The notes below the pieces were generated by a model. That model did no database searches. It was not told the DNA's origin and saw only the letters and a list, made by a program, of their open reading frames with translations. DNA of 64,000 bases from Waterburya sp. (GTDB taxonomy: Bacteria; Cyanobacteriota; Cyanobacteriia; Cyanobacteriales; Xenococcaceae). The stretch covers positions 2,848,001-2,912,000 of the forward strand of contig CBDCJV010000002.1 in assembly GCA_965217895.1 (NCBI GenBank), read 5' to 3'. The translations under genes and the position numbers were made by a program. This document shows, in pieces, positions 31,875-42,246 of this stretch (position 1 is the stretch's first letter; the number at the start of each line of letters is the position of its first letter).

Positions 31875-33623
31875 ATGCAACCAGTTGACTACACAACCTT
31901 GATGGCAAGCTGCAATGAACTTAATCGAGACTGGATTCCTGCTCGTATTGAGCAGATATATCAGCGCGATCGCTTTACCATTTCTTTAGCTCTACGCACC
32001 CTCAAAGCCAAGCCTTGGCTCACAATTTGCTGGCATCCTGAAGCAGCCAGAATTAATATCGGCGATCCCCCACCCAGGGTTAAGGACACTTTTACCTTTA
32101 GCGATCAGCTACGGCATCAGCTTAATGGTTTAGCTTTGATTAATATTAAGGCGATCGCCCCCTGGGAAAGAGTCTTAGATCTCCAGTTTGCTAATCGCCC
32201 AGGAGAAGAACCTCTTTGGCATTTATACGTAGAAATTATGGGCAAATACAGCAACGTAATTCTTACCGATGCCGACCAACAAATTATTACTCCTGCTCGT
32301 CAAATTAGTGCTGCTCAATCTAGCGTGCGTCCAATTCAAACTGGTCAAGGTTACGAAATGCCCCCAGCCCTGACTGGCACTACGCCCAAGCTAGAAGAAT
32401 CTTTTGCACGCTGGCAAGAGAGAGTAAGCTTAATTCCTGGTAAACTTAAAAGTCAATTACTCAAGTCTTATCGTGGTTTAAGCCCCAGAGTTGCTGAGGA
32501 AATTGTTATTGCAGCAGGCTTATCACCTCAGCAAAATACAGATACTCTTGAAGCTGAACACTGGCAGGAGTTATTTAGCTATTGGCAAAAATGGCTGATA
32601 GTTTTAGATAGGAATCAGTTCGATCCTGGCTGGCTAGCCAATGGTTATACAGTGTTGGGCTGGAATAAAACTGAGTCTGCGGAGCAAGTGCAAACTTTGC
32701 TTCATCGCTACTACACCGATGAGGTTAATCAACAGCAGTTTAAGCAACTACATCATCAGCTAAATCAAAAATTAACTAATCTACTTAAAAAGCTAAACGT
32801 CAAAGCCAATAAATTCCGTCAACGCTTACAACAGTCTGCCGATGCGGATAGCGATCGCTTTTGTGCAGATTTATTGATGGCGCATCTCCATCAATGTCAG
32901 CCAGGCATGAAGTCAATAACTTTAAATGATTTTGAAACAGGCAAGCCAGTTAAAATTAAGCTTAATCCTGAAAAAAACGCGGTGCAGAATGCTCAGGCTC
33001 TCTATAAAAATAGCCAGAAGCTAAAAAGAGCCAAAGGGGCAGTTGTCCCTCTATTAGCAGAAGTTGATAGTGAAATTAATTATTTATCTCAGGTACAAAC
33101 AGCCTTAAATCAGCTACAGGGAGAACAAGTAGTTGGTAGCTCGGAAAATCTCCACGCTCTAGAAGAAATTAAAGAAGAGCTAATTCAACAAAATTATCTT
33201 ACTGTCGAGCGTCAGGGAGATGACAGAAAAGCAGACCGAGATACCCAACCCTATCGCTATACTGCTCCATCTGGATGTGAAATTTGGATTGGACGTAATA
33301 ATCGTCAAAATGATATCTTAACTTTCCGTACTGCCGTAGAATATGATCTTTGGTTTCATACCCAAGAAATACCTGGTAGTCATGTATTGCTGCGTTTAGA
33401 TCCAGGTATAGTTCCCAGTGAGGCAGATCTTCAGTTTACTGCCGATTTGGCAGCTTATTACAGTCAAGCTCGCGAAAGCGAACAAGTCCCGGTAACTTAC
33501 ACTAAACCTAAATATGTCTATAAACCCAAGGGCGCAAAGCCTGGAATGGTAATTTATAAACAAGAAACAGTTATCTGGGGTAAACCTCAAGTAGCCAAAA
33601 AATATCTTTCTCAAAAAACATAA
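31875..33623 (+). CDS. NFACT/Rqc2 (FbpA-like) ribosome quality-control protein
   Basis: EIMGKYSNVIL, GRNNRQND, WFHTQEIPGSHV, AAYYS. Confidence 0.92.
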   Translation: MQPVDYTTLMASCNELNRDWIPARIEQIYQRDRFTISLALRTLKAKPWLTICWHPEAARINIGDPPPRVKDTFTFSDQLRHQLNGLALINIKAIAPWERVLDLQFANRPGEEPLWHLYVEIMGKYSNVILTDADQQIITPARQISAAQSSVRPIQTGQGYEMPPALTGTTPKLEESFARWQERVSLIPGKLKSQLLKSYRGLSPRVAEEIVIAAGLSPQQNTDTLEAEHWQELFSYWQKWLIVLDRNQFDPGWLANGYTVLGWNKTESAEQVQTLLHRYYTDEVNQQQFKQLHHQLNQKLTNLLKKLNVKANKFRQRLQQSADADSDRFCADLLMAHLHQCQPGMKSITLNDFETGKPVKIKLNPEKNAVQNAQALYKNSQKLKRAKGAVVPLLAEVDSEINYLSQVQTALNQLQGEQVVGSSENLHALEEIKEELIQQNYLTVERQGDDRKADRDTQPYRYTAPSGCEIWIGRNNRQNDILTFRTAVEYDLWFHTQEIPGSHVLLRLDPGIVPSEADLQFTADLAAYYSQARESEQVPVTYTKPKYVYKPKGAKPGMVIYKQETVIWGKPQVAKKYLSQKT

Positions 33624-33680
33624 ATTCTAATTGAAAGATCTAAATCACATCATTTCATAACCTACTAGCGTAAAATTGGT

Positions 33681-33734
33681 GTAACAGACAATACAGTTAT
33701 TATTTTTTTACAAATATAGCGTATCTTCTGTTAC
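33681..33734 (+). promoter_or_regulatory. Two NtcA-like boxes; the first forms a class II promoter
   Basis: GTAACAGACAATAC (33681-94), 22-nt spacer, TAGCGT (33717-22); second box GTATCTTCTGTTAC (33721-34). Confidence 0.55.
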
Positions 33735-33859
33735 AATTCTTAGTTAAGTCAAAAATTAAAAGTTGCCTCTTTTGAGAACGCGCAACACAAGATTTTTCCA
33801 GACTTAAACAACAACAACATTTTACTTAGCCAGCGATCGCGATCGCTGGTATTTTTTTT
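33729..33859 (+). ncRNA. Candidate ~130-nt sRNA or attenuating corA leader
   Basis: Lies between the NtcA-type promoter and an intrinsic terminator; CAA-rich stretch; no listed ORF. Confidence 0.35.
33830..33859 (+). terminator. Intrinsic terminator built on a double HIP1
   Basis: CCAGCGATCGCGATCGCTGG followed by TATTTTTTTT. Confidence 0.7.
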
Positions 33860-33952
33860 AGGTAATAATAAAATCAGAGATTACTCCGTCCGTTTAGGGC
33901 GGAGCCTGCTCTAATCGTTGATCAATATCTTTAAGCGGACATTTACCTTCTC

Positions 33953-35113
33953 ATGAGTTACGTAAATCAAGTAAACCAGAATCTTAGAACAACCGAAGAA
34001 GAGGAAGAAGATTTATTTGATTATGCTTATGAGCAGCCAGGCAGTATGCCAGGTACGCTTAATATTGAAGATGATGCTGAGTTACCTGAGATAATTTTAA
34101 TTGACTATAGCAAAGATCGCGTTGAAAGAATTAGCAATCTAACTCCTGAAGCCTGCGCCCAACATCTCGATACAGAATCAGTATCATGGCTTGATGTCAA
34201 GGGTTTTGGTAGCGAAAACATTTTGCAGAGATTAGGCAAGGTATTTGGGTTACATCCTTTGGTATTAGAAGACGTGGTTAATGTTCCCCAAAGACCAAAG
34301 GTTGAAGATTATCCGCAACAGCTAGTAATTATTACTCAAATGGTTATCCCAAAAACTTCAGGAGAGGGTTTTTGGTTAGAACAAGTGAGTTTAATAGTGG
34401 GCAAAAACTATGTACTAACCGTACAGGAAAAACCAGATAAAGACTGTTTTCGACCAGTCAGAAGGCGAATTAAATTTAAAAAAGGAAATATTACCACAAT
34501 GGGGGCAGATTATCTAGCTTATGCTCTTTGGGATGCAATCATAGATGGTTTTTTCCCCGTTTTAGAAATTTATGGCGAAAAGATAGAAGACCTAGAAGAC
34601 GAAGTTCTTTTTAATCCTAGTAACCAAAGCTTGGCTAAAGTATATCAAATAAAAAGAGAACTATTAGCTTTACGTAGGGCAATTTGGCCTCAAAGAAATG
34701 CCTTAAATAAATTGATTAGAGACGGTAGTAGCGTTATAAATCCAGAGATCTTAATCTTTTTGAGAGACTGTTATGACCACGCCGTACAAATTATTGACAT
34801 TATTGAAACATACCGTGAATTAGCCTCTAGTTTGACAGATATTTATCTGTCTGCTATTAGCAATAAAATGAATGAAGTTATGAAACTATTAACGGTAATA
34901 TCCAGTATTTTCATTCCTCTAACTTTTATCGTCGGTATCTATGGCATGAACTTTAATCCTGATAAGTCTCCCTGGAATATGCCAGAGTTAGACTGGTATT
35001 GGGGCTATCCTCTTTGTTGGTTATTGATGTTGGCTACGGCGGCTTCTTTGATTTATTTCTTTTGGCAGCGAGGTTGGTTTGAAAACTTTTCCAAGATACC
35101 CAAACAAAAATGA
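33953..35113 (+). CDS. corA: Magnesium/cobalt transporter CorA
   Basis: LHPLVLED..QRPK, GIYGMNF, MPEL. Confidence 0.95.
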   Translation: MSYVNQVNQNLRTTEEEEEDLFDYAYEQPGSMPGTLNIEDDAELPEIILIDYSKDRVERISNLTPEACAQHLDTESVSWLDVKGFGSENILQRLGKVFGLHPLVLEDVVNVPQRPKVEDYPQQLVIITQMVIPKTSGEGFWLEQVSLIVGKNYVLTVQEKPDKDCFRPVRRRIKFKKGNITTMGADYLAYALWDAIIDGFFPVLEIYGEKIEDLEDEVLFNPSNQSLAKVYQIKRELLALRRAIWPQRNALNKLIRDGSSVINPEILIFLRDCYDHAVQIIDIIETYRELASSLTDIYLSAISNKMNEVMKLLTVISSIFIPLTFIVGIYGMNFNPDKSPWNMPELDWYWGYPLCWLLMLATAASLIYFFWQRGWFENFSKIPKQK

Positions 35114-35285
35114 AATTAGTGGCTCAAAGAAACAAATTTCTTGATGATGTGATTGTGATCTAGATTGGGAAAACTGAAAGATATAGTCAACTGCTTAAAT
35201 GTATCTCTGCCAAACTAAACTTATCTTGAGCGGAAAATATTAAACGTCTCTAAAAGTTTAAGACTGATAATAAATAACCTAATAT

Positions 35286-37052
35286 ATGTTTCAAACCAAG
35301 TCTCAAGAGCCAATCAATCGTAGTGTAGGCAATCAACTGCAAACAATTCCTCTTGCTATGGTCATTAGTTTGATTCTTTTTGGAGGAATTGGTTGGCGTT
35401 TGAGTTATTTACAAATACAGCGGGGAGATTTAAACCAATTAAAAGCCGATCAAAATCGAACTCGTATTGTTCCCAAACCACCAGTTAGAGGAAGCATTCT
35501 AGATCGCCGAGGAAAAGTTTTAGCCACTAATCGTTCATCTTATTCTGCTTATTTGTGGCCCAAGGCATACAAACAAAAAAACTGGGTAGCAAACCGCAAT
35601 ATTATTGCTGCAATCTTAAACATTGATGCCCAAAATTTACAAAAAAGAGTAGAAGACGCAGGATATAACTATCCGAGTTTAATTCCCATTGCTAGTCATC
35701 TAACTCCAGCGCAAATTACGGCACTAGAAGAATACCATTCTCAGTTTCAGTGGGTGGAAATAGATATTGGCAAAGTAAGATATTACCCCCAAGGAAAATT
35801 TGCTGCTCATATCCTCGGCTATACAGGAGAATTAGACCAAGAGCAATTAGAACAAAGAAAATCCAAAGGTTATCGTCTTGGGGATGTAATCGGCAAAATG
35901 GGCGTAGAGTCTGCCTATGAATCTGAACTTAGGGGTAAATGGGGTGGATTAAAGCTAGAAGTTGATGGTGCAGGACGCATTATTCGATATTTGGGTGAAA
36001 ATCCCGCCAAATCAGGCAAAGATCTTAAATTAACTATTGATGCTGATGTGCAGAAAGCTGCCGAAGCTGCTTTAGGAACAAGAAAAGGCGCAATTGTTGC
36101 TTTAGATCCTAATAATGGCGCAGTGTTGGCGATGGCGAGTTATCCTAGCTTCGATCCTAATATTTTTTCTACTTCGGTGACGAACGATACCTGGAAGGAA
36201 TTACAGGCGCAGGGTAATCCTTTCCTCAACATGGCTTTACGGGCTTTTCCTCCTGCTTCTACATTTAAAATAGTTACCGATACAGCAGGAATGCAATCGG
36301 GAAAGTATCCTCCCAATACTATTTTAGGTACATATCCCTATTTATCTGTCGGGGGGACAAGATTTGGAGAATGGAATAAAAGAGGATTTGGTCCATTAGG
36401 ATATGTATCTGCCTTGGCTTGGAGTAGTAATACTTTTCATGGTCAAATTGGACAGGGAGTTGGTGGCGAAGAGTTAATCAAATGGGCAAGAGCCTATGGT
36501 TTAGGAAAACTTACAGGCATCGAACTACAAGGAGAAACGGCGGGACTGATTGCCGATGATGCCTGGAAACGCCGTAATTTTGACAATTGGGGCTGGACTG
36601 TGGGCGATACGGTAAATATGTCGATTGGTCAAGGATTTACCACCGCTACGCCTTTACAAATAGCCGTTATGTTTAGTGCGATCGCTAATAATGGATATCG
36701 AGTCAAGCCTCATTTACGAGAAACAGATAATCAGACTAAACAAGCCCAAAGAGTAAATCTAAACCTCAAACCCACTACCTTATCTACTATTCAACAAGGA
36801 CTTAGAGCCGTAGTCAACGGAGGAACAGGCTCAAGATTAAACTCCCCTGATATTCCTCCAGGAGCAGGAAAAAGTGGTACAGCCGAAGCCCCTCCAGGGA
36901 AAGCCCACGCTTGGTTTGGAGCTTACGCCCCTTTTGATAAACCAGAAATTGTGGTGGTGGCTTTTGCTGAACATTCTGGTGGTGGCGGTGGTTCGGTGGC
37001 TGCACCCTTAGTAAGACAGGTAATGGAAGCTTATTTTAAACTTAAAAAGTAG
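35286..37052 (+). CDS. mrdA: Penicillin-binding protein 2
   Basis: RGSILDR, PASTFK (SxxK), SSN, KSGTA. Confidence 0.92.
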   Translation: MFQTKSQEPINRSVGNQLQTIPLAMVISLILFGGIGWRLSYLQIQRGDLNQLKADQNRTRIVPKPPVRGSILDRRGKVLATNRSSYSAYLWPKAYKQKNWVANRNIIAAILNIDAQNLQKRVEDAGYNYPSLIPIASHLTPAQITALEEYHSQFQWVEIDIGKVRYYPQGKFAAHILGYTGELDQEQLEQRKSKGYRLGDVIGKMGVESAYESELRGKWGGLKLEVDGAGRIIRYLGENPAKSGKDLKLTIDADVQKAAEAALGTRKGAIVALDPNNGAVLAMASYPSFDPNIFSTSVTNDTWKELQAQGNPFLNMALRAFPPASTFKIVTDTAGMQSGKYPPNTILGTYPYLSVGGTRFGEWNKRGFGPLGYVSALAWSSNTFHGQIGQGVGGEELIKWARAYGLGKLTGIELQGETAGLIADDAWKRRNFDNWGWTVGDTVNMSIGQGFTTATPLQIAVMFSAIANNGYRVKPHLRETDNQTKQAQRVNLNLKPTTLSTIQQGLRAVVNGGTGSRLNSPDIPPGAGKSGTAEAPPGKAHAWFGAYAPFDKPEIVVVAFAEHSGGGGGSVAAPLVRQVMEAYFKLKK

Positions 37053-37100
37053 TATTCTTTTCTGCCACTCTTTGAGTATTAAAGTCAAAATCGACAGGAT

Positions 37101-38459
37101 TTACTCTTTTCCATGATAAGAAACCACCTCGTCTACTACTTTGTTTAAACCCACTGAGTTTGAGGCTTTACACAAAATACGATCGCCCGAGCGCATTACT
37201 TCTTTTAATTTACCTGTTAAGCTGGCGCGATCGCTAAAGCATTCTGTGGTTATTTTCCTCGCTCCCTTAGCAATCTCTTTAGTTGCAGCTTCTTCAGCTA
37301 ATACCAGCAGTAGATCTAAGTCTAATTCCTGCGCCTTTTCCCCTACCTGACGGTGTAGCTGAGGGGAATGTTCTCCTAATTCTTTCATTGTGCCTAAAAC
37401 GGCAATATGACGCTTGCCTGGGGTTTCTTTGAGCATCTTTAGTGCAGCCAGCATGGACTCTAAACCCGCGTTATAGGTTTCATCGAGAACAACTAGATCA
37501 TTAGCTAAATCATAGCGACGCGATCGCCCTTGGGGTAATTCTACTTTTAACCCTGCTATTAAAGGTGTCAGATCGATGTTTAAAACTTGAGCAACAGCGA
37601 TCGCCGCCAGATAGTTACTGGCGTTATGCTCTCCTGGTAAGGGTAAGGGTAGATTTTTACCTAAGACATTTAAAGTATTGCCATTAATTATTTCCCCAGC
37701 AATATCTCCTGTCGTAAAACCATAGGTAATAGTTTTCCCTTGCCATATTGCAGCAGTCTTCATCAGTAAAGAATTGTCATGATTTAAAATAGCGACACTA
37801 GAATCAGGCATTTGTGCCAAGAGTTCACATTTTGCGCTGGCAATCGCTTCTCTTGAGCCTAATCTGCCAATATGAGCCGTTCCCACATTAGTTATGATGC
37901 CGATAGTCGGACGGGCAATATCTGTTAATAAAGCGATTTCTCCTTTTGCTCGCATTGCCATTTCAATTACGGCATAGCTATGTTCGGAGGTAATTTGTAA
38001 CAGGGTTTTAGGTACGCCAATTTCGTTATTGAAGTTTGCCTCGGTTTTTAATACTTTTCCCTGGGTGCTTAAAACGGCACTAACTAATTCTTTCGTACTA
38101 GTTTTACCGACTGAACCCGTGATGCCAATTACGGGAATATCAAAGCGATCGCGCCACCACTGAGCTATTTGCTGATAGGCTTTGAGGGTGTCTTGAACAA
38201 CAAATTTCGGGATGTCTGAGGAGATTTTTTGAGATTGAGAAACAACTACGGCGATCGCGCCTTTAGCTAATGCTGACTCGACAAAGTTATGACCATCGAA
38301 ATTTTCTCCTACCAAGGCAATAAATATTTCTCCAGGTTGGATATTTCTACTGTCTGTAGTAATACCAATTACAGAATCATCTGTAACCTCAGAAGTAAGA
38401 GCGATTAAATTTGTCTTGAGAATTGTACGGAGTTGCGACAAAGAAAAATAGATGCTCAT
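37101..38459 (-). CDS. murF: UDP-MurNAc-tripeptide--D-Ala-D-Ala ligase
   Basis: TDSR, GENFDGH, ITGSVGKTSTKE, NFNNEIGVP, DETYNA. Confidence 0.96.
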   Translation of the reverse strand: MSIYFSLSQLRTILKTNLIALTSEVTDDSVIGITTDSRNIQPGEIFIALVGENFDGHNFVESALAKGAIAVVVSQSQKISSDIPKFVVQDTLKAYQQIAQWWRDRFDIPVIGITGSVGKTSTKELVSAVLSTQGKVLKTEANFNNEIGVPKTLLQITSEHSYAVIEMAMRAKGEIALLTDIARPTIGIITNVGTAHIGRLGSREAIASAKCELLAQMPDSSVAILNHDNSLLMKTAAIWQGKTITYGFTTGDIAGEIINGNTLNVLGKNLPLPLPGEHNASNYLAAIAVAQVLNIDLTPLIAGLKVELPQGRSRRYDLANDLVVLDETYNAGLESMLAALKMLKETPGKRHIAVLGTMKELGEHSPQLHRQVGEKAQELDLDLLLVLAEEAATKEIAKGARKITTECFSDRASLTGKLKEVMRSGDRILCKASNSVGLNKVVDEVVSYHGKE

Positions 38460-38681
38460 GGTCTTATCTATAGAGAAAAATACCTAAATATGCTTTTGAG
38501 CAACTTCAGTAGCTCAATGTTTTGAGTGTATATACTAACAACTATCAAGTAAAATCTTGATGTAATTTTTACAGCATTAATTAACATAAGCCTTTAATAT
38601 TTAGGAATAAATTAAATTTTTACAGTTAATTTTTATAAGTATTTTTAAATAAAAGCTCCTTAAAAGGGAGGATAATCAACT

Positions 38682-39995
38682 GTGGTTCAAAATAAGCTTC
38701 AATGTATTGCCCATTCAAGTAAACAAGAGCAGGAAGAAATTTACGATCACTTACTATTTTGTGTCAAGACAGAATCTCCAGTTAAGATATTAGAGAGATT
38801 TAGTCACTTGTTTATCAAAGGTACTGGTTACGAAGATAATCGTATCCGTAATACTTTGGCAAAGATTGTTGATGCCAAAGATGCAGAATTAAACTTTCCG
38901 CAATTTTTTAATCGCTGTTGCCATATCATAGTCAACCGTTGGCAAATGCAGCCAAATCTAAAAATTGAAATTGTAGAATTGGTATATCTGTTGGAAAGAG
39001 CTTTACCTCCTGGCGGTGCGGTTTCTCGCTCGGCGCGCAAACAAAGACAGCTAATCAAAAACTTCCTAGAAACTGAATATTATTTGCGATTACAGCGTCT
39101 TGCTCGTTTAATTGACGGTAGCTTAGAGCCTGAGAATCGTCGTCCTCGTCGTATCGAGGTTATCAGCAATTCTGTAGGCGATCTAATTCAGCGTTATCCT
39201 TACTTACATCAACACTGCTTATTGACTGAAGCCAGCACCGAAGAATTTCAACAAACCGTAAACAGCATTCAGCTAGGAATCCAATCAAGCTATGAATTAA
39301 ATTTGTCTCAATATATAACTAATCGGGTGCGTCTGGCTCAAGTGGTTAGAAAGTATAAAACTGAAAATAAAACCAGAATTCCCAAAAGATTGGTGCAAAA
39401 GATTGAAAATCCGACTCTGTTGAGCGATCGCGAATTGGATCGAGCTTTGAGGCAATATATGGGTAAAATAGAGCAAAATTGGAGTTATTACGATCTATCA
39501 CAAAACTTTCTCACTCATACTAGTCAGATCAAGACATATAAGGTATTTAAGGCTGAATTGTACGATTATGTTATGGCGGGGGTTGATACAAAATACGGCA
39601 GACAGCGATTCAGTGACAGACTAAGTGATTGTTTACAAAATACTTTAGTAGACTTTAATGATCGTGAGCTGGACGAATTTATAACTATGCGGACTTACTG
39701 CCAATTATTCAAATTCTTGGTAGTTGATAGCAAAGGCAATTTGGATCATCAACGTTATTTAGAGTTAATTGCCTATTTAGGAGAAGTTAAAACCATTGGT
39801 TTGTTATTAAAGTTGGTCTTGCTATGTAGTAAAGTTAAACCTTATTTAGAACAAAGATTTTCAATTCTTTTTTCCCATTATGAAACAGTAGCCGAAGAGC
39901 AGGCTGCATGGCTGGTTAAATCCCTAGAAAATTTGCAGGTAGCCTTTAGCGTTCATTTCGGTCAAGCAGATTTTTCTCTAATTCAGATTATCTAA
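38682..39995 (+). CDS. Hypothetical protein (helical), paralog of next gene
   Basis: 437-aa ORF with AGGGAGG RBS; shares motifs with 40037-41374. Confidence 0.8.
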   Translation: MVQNKLQCIAHSSKQEQEEIYDHLLFCVKTESPVKILERFSHLFIKGTGYEDNRIRNTLAKIVDAKDAELNFPQFFNRCCHIIVNRWQMQPNLKIEIVELVYLLERALPPGGAVSRSARKQRQLIKNFLETEYYLRLQRLARLIDGSLEPENRRPRRIEVISNSVGDLIQRYPYLHQHCLLTEASTEEFQQTVNSIQLGIQSSYELNLSQYITNRVRLAQVVRKYKTENKTRIPKRLVQKIENPTLLSDRELDRALRQYMGKIEQNWSYYDLSQNFLTHTSQIKTYKVFKAELYDYVMAGVDTKYGRQRFSDRLSDCLQNTLVDFNDRELDEFITMRTYCQLFKFLVVDSKGNLDHQRYLELIAYLGEVKTIGLLLKLVLLCSKVKPYLEQRFSILFSHYETVAEEQAAWLVKSLENLQVAFSVHFGQADFSLIQII

Positions 39996-40036
39996 GGTTA
40001 AGATGTGGCAGGAGTTTATATATTTCTTTTCTATCT

Positions 40037-41374
40037 GTGATTAAAAATATAAATAATTCGGCTCAACCAGTTAATCAGGCAAGCAATATTGTCTATGAAT
40101 ACTTATTGCAGTGTGTGATCGCAAAATCGCCCCCTGAAGTAATTCAAGAATTTAAAAACTTATTAATTCAAGGAAGAAATGTCGATCAACTAGCATCTAA
40201 GGCTTTAGAGAAGGTTATTTTTTTTGCTGGAGGACAACAGCAGTTTGACAACATTTTAAGCTATTGTTTTTATCTTATTTTAGATAATTGGTCAGACACT
40301 CCAGAATCATTATCTTATTTGCCTCAATTATGGTCAATTCTCGATCTGGTTAATCAAACCAAATCCTACGATCGCCGTCGTCAACAGCTAATTAAATTAA
40401 TTAAAGATTATCAGCATTCATCAGCATATTTCCACTTGAAAGCTATCATGGCAATTATCGATCCTCAAGCAGTCAATAATATTGTTTCGGCAAATGCTGC
40501 TATTACTAATGGGGAATCTAACAATAGTAATTCAATTAATACTAGTATTATCAATACTTATTTGCCTCGTTATACCTATTTATATAACTATTTTTTACCT
40601 CAAGAACTTGAGCTTAATCACCTGAGAAAATACATTCAAACTTTACAGGAAAATCGCCAAAAAAACTTTGAAATTCAGCTTTCAAAACATATTATCTATC
40701 GCTTTCGGCTCAAACAGGTTGCCAAAATGAAGCTGTTGTCCAAAGGAGCGGGCAAAATTATCACTAAAGCCAACAACCCAAGCCTACTGTCAGAACGTGC
40801 TTTTAGAATTGCTTTGCAACAGTATTTAGGACAGGTAGATCATGGCGGCACAATTTTACAGCGATCGCAACGCTTTGTGATTGACAATAGTTCGCGCAGT
40901 TCTTTTCAGGTCTTTAAACAAGATTTACATCGCTTTTTAACTAATAATATCAAACCACGAAATAGTAACTATGACTTTTCTCAAAAGCTTAAGCAAAAAC
41001 TAGATGATGCTTTTTTCCAATCTGATCGCAAACCACTAAACGATACTTTGATTCTGCAAACTTGCCGTCAGCTATATAGCTTTTTAATTACCGATACTCA
41101 TTCAGCAGCAGATTCAAATAAGTTGACTAATCTAATTATTAATTTAGGCACTGCTCAGGTGATGATAATTTTAATTAAGATAGTCTTAATCTGTCCCGAA
41201 TCAAAATCTAACTTAGAAAAAAAAATTGCCTTAATTACAAGCTATTATCAGTTAAATGCTATTCAAGAAATCCCTTGGTTATTTAAAACTTTAGAACATT
41301 TGCTCATGGCTTTTAGCATTTATTTTGGCAATATTGATGTTTCAATTGCCAAGTCAGTAGTTAAGGTAAAGTGA
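40037..41374 (+). CDS. Hypothetical protein, paralog of previous gene
   Basis: 445-aa ORF; NPSLLS, LIKIVLIC, WLFKTLE..AFSIYFG. Confidence 0.8.
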   Translation: MIKNINNSAQPVNQASNIVYEYLLQCVIAKSPPEVIQEFKNLLIQGRNVDQLASKALEKVIFFAGGQQQFDNILSYCFYLILDNWSDTPESLSYLPQLWSILDLVNQTKSYDRRRQQLIKLIKDYQHSSAYFHLKAIMAIIDPQAVNNIVSANAAITNGESNNSNSINTSIINTYLPRYTYLYNYFLPQELELNHLRKYIQTLQENRQKNFEIQLSKHIIYRFRLKQVAKMKLLSKGAGKIITKANNPSLLSERAFRIALQQYLGQVDHGGTILQRSQRFVIDNSSRSSFQVFKQDLHRFLTNNIKPRNSNYDFSQKLKQKLDDAFFQSDRKPLNDTLILQTCRQLYSFLITDTHSAADSNKLTNLIINLGTAQVMIILIKIVLICPESKSNLEKKIALITSYYQLNAIQEIPWLFKTLEHLLMAFSIYFGNIDVSIAKSVVKVK

Positions 41375-41427
41375 CTAACTTAGCTTTAGTTCTCCTGTCA
41401 AAATCTTTTTGATTCCACTCGCTAGAA

Positions 41428-41447
41428 AGCATGGCGATCGCCATGCT
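41428..41447. terminator. HIP1-centred 20-bp palindrome between convergent genes
   Basis: AGCATGGCGATCGCCATGCT. Confidence 0.45.
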
Positions 41448-41461
41448 ATTAAATTCAAAGA

Positions 41462-42094
41462 TTACTGATAGAGTTCTGTTTCTTTTACGCCTAGTTCATT
41501 AGCTAAAGTACTTTGTAAGTCTGCTGGTATCAAGACTCGATTTACAGCGTGAATGACTCCATTGCTTGCTTCGATATCTGGAGTAACAACGCTAGCATTA
41601 TTGACAATAACACCCTGGTCGGTAACTTCTGTGGTTAAACCACCGTCAAGGGATTCGACCTCACCACCAGAAATATCGGTGGATGCTATTGCTTCGGGTA
41701 TGACGTGGTAAGAAAGTACACGTTGTAATACTTCTTTATTTTCTGGCTGTAGTAGATACTCCAATGTACCTTTAGGTAAATGGCTAAACGCTTCATTTGT
41801 AGGTGCAAATACTGTATATGAGGAGCTAGAATCAGATAGGGTATCTGCTAATCCTGCTGCTTCTATCGCTTGGGCTAAGGTACTAAATGTTTCATTTCCC
41901 GATGCTACCTCAACAACATTACCAGCTTTGGCATTGGCTTTGTCCATTGACATTTCTTCTTTTTCCATCGAAGATTCCTTCATGCCTTCATAATTACCAG
42001 CTAATGCGGGAGATACAGATAAAGTTCCTAGGCTTAGAATTCCTGTCAATATTAATGACTGTTTGGCAGTTTTGGTAAGAAAGTTGAATTTCAT
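41462..42094 (-). CDS. Fasciclin (FAS1) domain protein
   Basis: Signal peptide; YTVFAPTNEAF, ASNGVIHAVNRVL. Confidence 0.93.
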   Translation of the reverse strand: MKFNFLTKTAKQSLILTGILSLGTLSVSPALAGNYEGMKESSMEKEEMSMDKANAKAGNVVEVASGNETFSTLAQAIEAAGLADTLSDSSSSYTVFAPTNEAFSHLPKGTLEYLLQPENKEVLQRVLSYHVIPEAIASTDISGGEVESLDGGLTTEVTDQGVIVNNASVVTPDIEASNGVIHAVNRVLIPADLQSTLANELGVKETELYQ

Positions 42095-42246
42095 AAATAT
42101 GTTGAAAGTTATTAAGTTACATTTATACCTTAGTAGTTATTACTTAGTAACTTTTATTACTTAAGATAGAGATTTTGCTCTGTAATATTATGTAATTCTT
42201 GATGATTAATATTGGTAGCTATTGCATATTTGCTACACATAATCTT

